Shown: piece by piece, positions 49,473-57,084 of the stretch
Position numbering within the stretch: the stretch's first letter is position 1
Layout: every line of letters starts with the position of its first letter
Source of the DNA: Candidatus Auribacter fodinae
GTDB lineage: Bacteria > Auribacterota > Auribacteria > Auribacterales > Auribacteraceae
Assembly: GCA_003599815.1 (NCBI GenBank)
Contig: QZJZ01000105.1
Location: 7,174-71,173 of the forward strand
DNA length: 64,000 nt
Reading direction: 5' to 3'
Notes under the pieces: model-generated
The model's database searches: none
What the model was told of the DNA's origin: nothing
The model's input: the letters and a program-made list of their open reading frames with translations, nothing else
Position numbers and translations under genes: made by a program

Positions 49473-49943
49473 TCATGATTCCAACGGCAGGCCGCCTTCT
49501 TTCCATGCCTTAATACCTGTCTTAAAGTAATAGACCTGAGAAAACCCCTTATCTTTCAAAAAACTCGCCGTTTTTTTTGCCGCTCCGCATTCAGCATGCG
49601 CGCAATACACCACAATAAAAGCGTCCTTCGGTACATCTTTCATTTTCGGGAAATTCGCTTCCTGACTTTTTGCCGGAACATTCACCGCACCGGGAATATG
49701 TTCAACAGCATACGTTTCTTCAGACAACGCGTCGACAAAAACAGCCTTATTACCCAGCCATAGCTGATGAGCCACAGCGGCAGACACAACCGGCAAATCA
49801 TAAACCGGCTCTTCAGTTTGAGCAAGGCACGCATGGCATCCGGGCTCAATTTCTTCTTTGTTGCCCATTGCGTATACGCCCGAAGCGGATACAGAAAGAC
49901 AGGTCGCGACAACAACAGCGGTTACTCCTAGTGAATGAACCAT
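49473..49943 (-). CDS. periplasmic rhodanese-domain sulfurtransferase
   Basis: It has a signal peptide and an active-site loop around the catalytic Cys (VVYCAHAECG). Confidence 0.7.
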   Translation of the reverse strand: MVHSLGVTAVVVATCLSVSASGVYAMGNKEEIEPGCHACLAQTEEPVYDLPVVSAAVAHQLWLGNKAVFVDALSEETYAVEHIPGAVNVPAKSQEANFPKMKDVPKDAFIVVYCAHAECGAAKKTASFLKDKGFSQVYYFKTGIKAWKEGGLPLES

Positions 49944-50200
49944 TTAACATCTCCTATGTTAAGTACCTTAGTTACATGATATTCTAAACTTTACCCTTCG
50001 ATAACTCTTTCGCTGTCCGGTTTAATCAGTGACAGCAAAAAATAAATATAGCATTATTATCTTTACAAAACAACTTTTAAGCGAATAAAATCATTTTCAT
50101 CAGACATTTATAGACATCATCTTATACAAGAGCCGATTCCGCAACATTTTTTACTGCTGAAATGTTCTCATGAATTTTTATTTTCAAAAAGGAGACATGA

Positions 50201-51169
50201 ATGAAGCGACTTATTTTCAAGCTGGCATTGGTTGTTATTTTCTGCGCTCTGCTACCATCAGCGGCACACGCCGGCGGAGCGACAACGTATCCAAACGGGG
50301 CGGAAGATTTTCTGTCAGGAGCGCTGCCTCCTCCGGGCGATTACGGCATCTGGTATTCTATTTTCTATCACGCGAACGGATTCAAAGACAACTCCGGGCA
50401 CGATTATTCTTTCGGGCCCCGCTCTGATATACGCATTACAACGTGGGCAAATGCCCTGCGCTGGATTCATGTAAGCGATGTTACCCTGTTCGGTGCAAGT
50501 ACGGGTTTTCACCTGTTTTTGCCCACGGTGCAGGCAGAATTTGATTTCGGGCACGAATTCAATGTTTTTGATGACGAAAAATTCGGATTCTCAGATCTGA
50601 TTTTCGACCCGCTTCTGCTTGGCTGGCATTTTAAAAACCTGCATATCGTCGCCGGCGTCGATATATACGTCCCTACGGGCAGGTACGATCATGAAACCGA
50701 TATCCTTAACCTCAGTTCAAAAGTATGGACATTCGAGCCTGCTCTGGCATTCACATGGTTACCCGGCCCTTTTGACATATCTGTCAAACTGATGTATGAC
50801 TTCAGCACAATCAATAACGACCACCGCATCGATCCGTACGAAGCTTTAGCTCTCAATCAGCCGGGGTTGGCTGGAACCGAAGCGTCATTGCGCCCCGGAC
50901 AGGAATTCCATTTTGATTACAATGCGGGATACAACTTCAACAAATGTTTCGCGCTTGGCGTAAACGGGTACTTCTACCGCCAGATGACCGATGACCGGAT
51001 AGATCACAACTATGTCCATAACATGAAGGGGCGCACATTTGCCATAGGCCCTGTCGCTAAATACAACTACCAGAGGTTTTCATTCGTCGCAAAAGCCTTG
51101 TGGGAAATGGAAACAAACAACCGCCCGCAGGGGCAAAGCACTTGGCTGAAAGTTATTTACGTTTTTTAA
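50201..51169 (+). CDS. outer-membrane beta-barrel protein (MetA-pathway/phenol-degradation-like transporter family)
   Basis: It has a signal peptide, alternating amphipathic beta strands, Gly/aromatic girdles and a C-terminal aromatic residue (VIYVF). Confidence 0.4.
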   Translation: MKRLIFKLALVVIFCALLPSAAHAGGATTYPNGAEDFLSGALPPPGDYGIWYSIFYHANGFKDNSGHDYSFGPRSDIRITTWANALRWIHVSDVTLFGASTGFHLFLPTVQAEFDFGHEFNVFDDEKFGFSDLIFDPLLLGWHFKNLHIVAGVDIYVPTGRYDHETDILNLSSKVWTFEPALAFTWLPGPFDISVKLMYDFSTINNDHRIDPYEALALNQPGLAGTEASLRPGQEFHFDYNAGYNFNKCFALGVNGYFYRQMTDDRIDHNYVHNMKGRTFAIGPVAKYNYQRFSFVAKALWEMETNNRPQGQSTWLKVIYVF

Positions 51170-51294
51170 TTTACTTTATATCAATCAATTACAACTATTA
51201 TGAAATTTTTTAATTTTATCGCTAAAGTCCTCATACACTTGTGCCGTTATAATAAAGGGTTCGTCTTATCATTTTAAAAGCGGAGGCTTACAAC

Positions 51295-52407
51295 ATGAAT
51301 GGTCAAAAACGTTCTGGTTTTTCCTTGTTAGAAATACTGCTTTGCTTTGCCGGGCTTTCTGTAGTAATGACAGTCATTGTGTCAGCGAGCCATCGTGTCC
51401 GCGACCACGCGCACACCACTTTATGCATGAATAATCTCCGCCAGATATCCTTCGCGGTGTCACAATATTACAACGACCATAAAGAATATCCGCGCGGATT
51501 GCCCTACGATACTCTGTCCAGCCAGCTGGACAGCTATATCGGGGCGTCTGTGTTTATCTGTCCTGAAGACAAAATGGAACTGTCAGACAGTTACAGCCAG
51601 TACTACGTGTATCGAGGCAATGACGTATCCGCCTTTCAGTATGTTATAGGATGCCCGCGCCATGCGTCCCGATCGCGTTCTGTTAATATTTTTTCACTGC
51701 AGAAAGCGCAAACCTGCAATAACGCAAAGGTTGTCGCCAACCATACTGAAATTCTGCCCGGAGCGGCAACTACCGGAACCATTACGCTTGACGATGGAAC
51801 CACCATTCAATCTGACACAGTAAAAATGATCCTGATCCAGTCTGTCAAGCTCGGCGGAGGCGCGTTGTACACTGTTGTACGGGTACCTGATACGGAAACA
51901 GGCAAAGTTACCGTAAACGCTACTCCCGGCACAAAGCTGGAAATCGTGACGCCCGCTGTTGTCGCCGGTGTAAGAGGTACTCGTTTTGTGCTGGATATCG
52001 GCTATCAGGATGACGTGCCGTACACTAACGTCAATGTTGAGGAAGGCGTAGTCGCGGTGGAACCTCTGGGCGGCGACATGATAGACGGTACATCCGTAAA
52101 AGCGGCTGGTTTCAGCCCCATATTGCTAACCAAAGGAATGTCAGTCAATATACGCAACCGGCAAAAACCTTTTCACTTTGAAGCGTTGACTGAACGTATT
52201 GTATACTTGCGTAAAAAGATCGCCGGCTACGAATCAATAGGCAAAGACAGCCAAAATGTCCGTAACTACTGCGACTGGCTGGAAAAAACCAAAACACGGG
52301 AACTCGCAGAACTAGCGGACGATTCTGATAACACAAATGAAACCGCGAGTGATACCGCGAATGACGCCGCGGTTAATAACGCGAACCCAAACGCGGCTAT
52401 AAAATAG
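51295..52407 (+). CDS. prepilin-type N-terminal cleavage/methylation domain protein with FecR-like beta-domain, paralog A
   Basis: The type-IV pilin leader is KRSG|FSLLEIL (Phe+1, Glu+5). The FecR-like motif VVAGVRGTRFVLD is present. The C-terminal tail is Asn/Ala-rich. Confidence 0.55.
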   Translation: MNGQKRSGFSLLEILLCFAGLSVVMTVIVSASHRVRDHAHTTLCMNNLRQISFAVSQYYNDHKEYPRGLPYDTLSSQLDSYIGASVFICPEDKMELSDSYSQYYVYRGNDVSAFQYVIGCPRHASRSRSVNIFSLQKAQTCNNAKVVANHTEILPGAATTGTITLDDGTTIQSDTVKMILIQSVKLGGGALYTVVRVPDTETGKVTVNATPGTKLEIVTPAVVAGVRGTRFVLDIGYQDDVPYTNVNVEEGVVAVEPLGGDMIDGTSVKAAGFSPILLTKGMSVNIRNRQKPFHFEALTERIVYLRKKIAGYESIGKDSQNVRNYCDWLEKTKTRELAELADDSDNTNETASDTANDAAVNNANPNAAIK

Positions 52408-52572
52408 ATTGATTGACAGGCGAGCGTAACAAAAGAGCTCGCAGAAAACCACCTATATTTTTCAATAAACCGCCTGCCGGATACCGCCGGCAGGCGGTTT
52501 ATTGCCTGTATGTCGCCTTATATATTCTTGAACAGTTTGATGTTACTACGCCGAATAAATTCCTTTAATACG

Positions 52573-52727
52573 TTTGGAGCGCTGAAAAAGATTCTAAATT
52601 CCTCTTTTAAGATGTCATCACGAGGAGCGTTAACGACGTGGTGATCTCAAAATGAATAGAGCTGAGATTGCCACAGCCCCTTTGGGGCTTCGCAATGACA
52701 TTCTCTTGTGACTTTTTCATCGTTCTC
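52573..52727 (+). repeat. Novel ~150-bp intergenic repeat, copy 4 (most complete)
   Basis: It lies between the two prepilin/FecR paralogs and ends 138 bp before the ATG at 52865. Confidence 0.65.
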
Positions 52728-52864
52728 ACGTTACTTTCTTTGATTTTAGTGTACTTTTTTCGGTATTTACCCTACTTTTATGTAAATTTATAAGCTTCCT
52801 GTTCCGATAAATGCTGTAAGATTATTGTATCTGGTGACAATGCTATTATATACCGGGAGCAGTT

Positions 52865-54037
52865 ATGAAAAAAATACACAGCATAAAAGGGTTCACTCTC
52901 TTAGATATTCTCATCTGCATAACGACTCTGTCCGTAGTATCGACCATTATCTTCACTGCCGGTAAAGAAGTACGATTTAAAGCGAACACAACTATCTGCA
53001 TGAATAACCTTCGCCAGATATCGTTTGCCATGGCAAGCTATTACGCGGACTATCAGGATTACCCGCGCGGGCTTCCATACGGCACACTCAGCGCGCAGTT
53101 ACATTCATACATGTCCAACGAACTTGTGTTTCTCTGCCCTGAAGACAAATTCGAGGAAGTTGACAGTTACAGCGAATATTATGTATACCGGGGCGACGAC
53201 CTCGCGTCATTTAAGTATGTGCTGGGCTGTCCTCGCCATAGAAGACAGAAAACAGCCACAAATATCTTTTCTCTCCAGACAGCCAAAAATTACCCGAACG
53301 CAACCGTTCTGGCGAATAATAAAGTTGTCACAGCCGGTTCGTTTACCAGCGGAACACTTCTGCTGGAAGACAACTCAATCGTTGAAACCGGTTCAGCAGA
53401 AGTCATGATCGTTCAGTCGCTAAGGCTTGAAAACGGATTGCTGTATACCGTACTGCGTGTTCCGGACGGAGAAAGCGGCAAAATCACCGTTAATGCCACC
53501 ACAGGAACTAAGCTTGAAGTGGTAACGCCATCCGTAGTTGCCGGGGTGAGAGGCACTGAATTTGAAGTAGACTTCGGGTACTCGGAATCATACCCGTACG
53601 CGAATGTTACTGTTATTTCAGGCAGTGTGGCGGTAGTTCCTCTCGATGGAAAAGTCGAGTATAACGGACAGCTGGTCAATGCCGGCAAACAGGAAATGAT
53701 TCTTAATGAGAACATGACCGTGAAAATACACGCTAACCCGCATTATTACAACAGCAAACAGATTGGCAAACGGCTGGATAAACTATCAAGAAAAATTGAC
53801 CGTTTGGAATCAATCGGGCATGAAACCGAAAAAGCCGAGGGGCTGTATGAATGGCTCAGCACCCAGTATCCCGGGTCAGGCGAACTTGTGTATGACAGCG
53901 AAACCCAGCAGTGGGGCCCGCCTCCTCCGCCGCCTCCTCCGGAAGAGGAAGGTTCCGAAGGAGAAGAACCGCCGCCCGAAGATCCACCTGAGGAAGAAGG
54001 CGGATTCTGGGAATGGTGGACTGGATTCTGGCTCTAA
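52865..54037 (+). CDS. prepilin-type N-terminal domain protein with FecR-like beta-domain, paralog B (Pro-rich, aromatic C-terminus)
   Basis: The leader is HSIKG|FTLLDIL. It aligns with paralog A throughout (TICMNNLRQISFA..., YPRGLPY, CPEDK, VVAGVRGTEFEVD). The C-terminus is GPPPPPPPPEEEG...FWEWWTGFWL. Confidence 0.55.
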   Translation: MKKIHSIKGFTLLDILICITTLSVVSTIIFTAGKEVRFKANTTICMNNLRQISFAMASYYADYQDYPRGLPYGTLSAQLHSYMSNELVFLCPEDKFEEVDSYSEYYVYRGDDLASFKYVLGCPRHRRQKTATNIFSLQTAKNYPNATVLANNKVVTAGSFTSGTLLLEDNSIVETGSAEVMIVQSLRLENGLLYTVLRVPDGESGKITVNATTGTKLEVVTPSVVAGVRGTEFEVDFGYSESYPYANVTVISGSVAVVPLDGKVEYNGQLVNAGKQEMILNENMTVKIHANPHYYNSKQIGKRLDKLSRKIDRLESIGHETEKAEGLYEWLSTQYPGSGELVYDSETQQWGPPPPPPPPEEEGSEGEEPPPEDPPEEEGGFWEWWTGFWL

Positions 54038-54070
54038 AATATAACAGATACATTAAATCAGCATAAAAAA

Positions 54071-54110
54071 AGCCCTGATACTTTCGGGTATCAGGGCTTT
54101 ATATATTTTT
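54071..54110. terminator. Bidirectional rho-independent terminator
   Basis: The hairpin agccctgatac-tttcg-ggtatcagggct has an A-run on its 5' side and a T-rich run on its 3' side, between convergent genes. Confidence 0.5.
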
Positions 54111-54120
54111 CAGCAATCGA

Positions 54121-54618
54121 TTAAAAACTGTATTTCTGCATGATCCAGTTATACGCAATATACGCAGAAAGAAGAACGATTATCATATAAATCACAACGG
54201 TAAGCGGGTTCCAGATGATTTTCTTCAGGAACAGCCATAAACGGCTGATTTTCGCCAGTTCCGCCCGGTTATGCTCCAACTCGCCCAGTACTCGCTCCAG
54301 CATAATATAATGCTCGTTCCAGATTGTTATCATACGGCGAGCCATACCGTCAGTCTGGGCTTTAAGTTCTTTCAGATTCACTATCTGGGACAGGACATCC
54401 ATTCCTTTGGCTTCCTGGCCGCCTTCAAGCCCGACTGATTTCATGAGAACATTGTATCGTTTAAGAATGCTTCGTTTCAGTTCAAAAAAACGTTTTTCAT
54501 CAGTTTCCGGAATTTCTTCCGTCTCACGAGCGGTTTTCATCAGCTCATGAAACTCTTTCCAGTCCTCGATAAAATATCCAAAATCAACTATCTGCTGTTC
54601 CAGTTTTTTATCGCGCAC
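54121..54618 (-). CDS. hypothetical protein with C-terminal TM anchor
   Basis: An ORF with one C-terminal hydrophobic helix. No domain was recognised. Confidence 0.3.
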   Translation of the reverse strand: MRDKKLEQQIVDFGYFIEDWKEFHELMKTARETEEIPETDEKRFFELKRSILKRYNVLMKSVGLEGGQEAKGMDVLSQIVNLKELKAQTDGMARRMITIWNEHYIMLERVLGELEHNRAELAKISRLWLFLKKIIWNPLTVVIYMIIVLLSAYIAYNWIMQKYSF

Positions 54619-54638
54619 GCGATAACTCCTGATATGGT

Positions 54639-55799
54639 TTATTTTCTCATTCCGACACGTTGAGCGGTCTGAAAAATTTTACCTTCAGTTTGAATTGATG
54701 GAGCAATAATAATTTCAGTCAACTGTAACTCGCGAATATTCCGCGCGCCAACGTTACCCATACAGGTCTGCAACGCACCCATCAGGTTCTGCGAACCGTC
54801 GTCCAGCCGTGCAGGGCCGAACAGAATCTGTTCCAGAGTACCGGTTGTGCCGACTCTGATACGCGTACCGCGCGGCAGATTAGCGTGCGGGGTAGCCATA
54901 CCCCAGTGGTACCCTCTGCCCGGAGCTTCTTCAGCACGGGCAAAAGCGGAACCGACCATCACAGCGTCAGCGCCTGAGGCAAAGGCTTTACAAATATCAC
55001 CGCCGTTCGACATACCGCCATCGGTTATAATCGGAATATACCGTCCGGTTTGTTTATAATAAAAATCACGCGCCGCCGCGCTGTCAGCCGTTGCCGTCAC
55101 CTGCGGAACACCAATGCCCAGCACTCCGCGGGTCGTGCAGGCGGCTCCCGGGCCGATACCTATCAACAACCCGCCTACACCAGCTTCCATTAAAGACAAG
55201 GCAACACGATATGTCACTGAATTACCGACTACCACAGGTATTTTCATTGAACTGCAGAACTTCTGGAAATCAAGCGTTTTGTATTCGGTCGATATATGGC
55301 TTACGGTCGTGACCGTTGACTGGACAATAAAAATATCCGCTCCGGCTTCCTGTGCTATTTTGCCAAACTGCTCGGCACGCTGAGGTATTGCAGACACCAC
55401 CGCAGGGCCGCCGGCCTTTTTGATGGTCTTAATACGTTCAGAGATCAATTCTTCCTTGATCGGACGGTTATATATACCCTGAACCAGTTTGGTCGCTTCT
55501 TCAGGCGACGCCACAGCTATTTCGTTCAGGACTTCATCAGGGTTCTCGTAGCGGGTCTGTATCCCTTCAAGATTCAAGACAGCAATACCGCCGAGTTTGC
55601 CCATGCGAATAGCGAATTTCGTATCAACAACACCGTCCATTGCGGCGGCAAGAATCGGAACGTTAAACTTCAATCCGCCAATTTCCCACGAAGTATCAAC
55701 TTCATTGGGATTGATGGTTACTTCACCCGGAACCAGAGCAATTTCATCAAATCCGTAACAACGGCGTGCCTTACGGCCTCTTCCTACCCACATGCCCAT
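54639..55799 (-). CDS. IMP dehydrogenase/GMP reductase-family protein lacking CBS pair (GuaB3-like)
   Basis: It has an IMPDH TIM barrel (KARRCYGFDEIALVPG, active-site-loop Cys in GIGPGAACTTR) and no CBS insertion. Confidence 0.6.
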   Translation of the reverse strand: MGMWVGRGRKARRCYGFDEIALVPGEVTINPNEVDTSWEIGGLKFNVPILAAAMDGVVDTKFAIRMGKLGGIAVLNLEGIQTRYENPDEVLNEIAVASPEEATKLVQGIYNRPIKEELISERIKTIKKAGGPAVVSAIPQRAEQFGKIAQEAGADIFIVQSTVTTVSHISTEYKTLDFQKFCSSMKIPVVVGNSVTYRVALSLMEAGVGGLLIGIGPGAACTTRGVLGIGVPQVTATADSAAARDFYYKQTGRYIPIITDGGMSNGGDICKAFASGADAVMVGSAFARAEEAPGRGYHWGMATPHANLPRGTRIRVGTTGTLEQILFGPARLDDGSQNLMGALQTCMGNVGARNIRELQLTEIIIAPSIQTEGKIFQTAQRVGMRK

Positions 55800-55944
55800 A
55801 ATATAAAACCCCCTAGATTGAGTATAGTTTCAGCAAATAAAACGCCATGACGCGAGACAACAGGCTGGTTTAAAATAATTGAGTATACTAAATGAATAAC
55901 GGGGCGCTTGTCAATAGTTTTTTGAGCTTAAATGGAACGTGAAC

Positions 55945-57081
55945 TCATGCTTTGCCGCGCAATATGCCGCGCATCTGATCTGCTATGCTGTCCCAGTTGT
56001 ATTTACGGGCAAACTCAACAGCGTTTCGCGAGTATTCGTCCAGCAGTTTTCTATCTTTGAGCAGTTTGATGATGCCGCGAGCCAATGCGGCGGAATCGCC
56101 TGGTTCGCAGAGTATACCCGTTTTTCCGTCATCCACCACTTCAGGAATACTTTTCGATGCGAACGCCGCAGACGGCGTACCGCACGCCGCCGCCTCGACA
56201 AAAGTCATGCCGAATGTCTCGTCCAGAGCGCCGGAGACAAATATATCAGCACCGCCGTACAGGTACGGCACGATTTCACCGTAAATGTCGCGGAACATCA
56301 TGACTGAACCGGAAAGACCGTTATCCGCAATAAACTGTTTTAACTGAGATACATATTCCCGGTGCTCGTGGCGGGCGAACATATACAGCACAGCGTCCGG
56401 CACTTCTTTATTAACGACGGCGAAGGCTTGAAGAAGGTTCATCACACCTTTATGCGGGGTATATCGTCCGATGTACATCAGCACCGGGCCCTTTTTTTGT
56501 ATAGCCGGCAATTTTTTGCCCGGGCGGAAAAAGTCCATATCCACACCATTCGGCACAACAACGGACTGTATGCCAAGAGACTCAAGTTCACGGGCAGTAT
56601 GCCGGCTTACCGCCATGACATAATCCGCGCGCCTCACCTGTGCATGCATGGCGTCACGGGTTTCTATCCGTTTGCGCCGATCCTCACCGGTATACATTTC
56701 AGGATCGGCAATGCCGTGATATGTATAAACGACTTTATATCCCAGCTTTTTTCTGCATTCCATCGCATACCTGTCTACCGGCACAAAATCAACGACCACA
56801 ACCTCAGGCGCAAGCCGTTTCAGGCACGCCATGATACTCGTGCGGGCAAGAGCATTAAACAGCCCTGATTTCATTTCAAGAAAACGGTACGGCAGTCGCA
56901 TTTTACCGAACAACTTCGGTTCCAGTACCCGAATCGAATCCGGCAAACTGCGGTTCGCGCGGTCAAAAGTGACAATACTCACCGTATCGCCTTTTTTATC
57001 AAGAGCGACAGCCATTGAGGCTACCCGGTTGGGTATGCCTTTTCCTTCACTCAATGTATTTATAAGGAATGTTATCTTCAT
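55945..57081 (-). CDS. glycosyltransferase family 4 (GT-B)
   Basis: The EX7E region is present (ETFGMTFVEAAACGTPSAAF). Confidence 0.75.
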   Translation of the reverse strand: MKITFLINTLSEGKGIPNRVASMAVALDKKGDTVSIVTFDRANRSLPDSIRVLEPKLFGKMRLPYRFLEMKSGLFNALARTSIMACLKRLAPEVVVVDFVPVDRYAMECRKKLGYKVVYTYHGIADPEMYTGEDRRKRIETRDAMHAQVRRADYVMAVSRHTARELESLGIQSVVVPNGVDMDFFRPGKKLPAIQKKGPVLMYIGRYTPHKGVMNLLQAFAVVNKEVPDAVLYMFARHEHREYVSQLKQFIADNGLSGSVMMFRDIYGEIVPYLYGGADIFVSGALDETFGMTFVEAAACGTPSAAFASKSIPEVVDDGKTGILCEPGDSAALARGIIKLLKDRKLLDEYSRNAVEFARKYNWDSIADQMRGILRGKA

Positions 57082-57084
57082 ATT

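Noticed and set aside
52820-52864. sigma54-type -24/-12 promoter (TGG...TGC) upstream of the prepilin/FecR paralog B
   Set aside because: GG to GC spacing is about 9 nt rather than the required 11-12. A similar check at 25300-25350 also failed.
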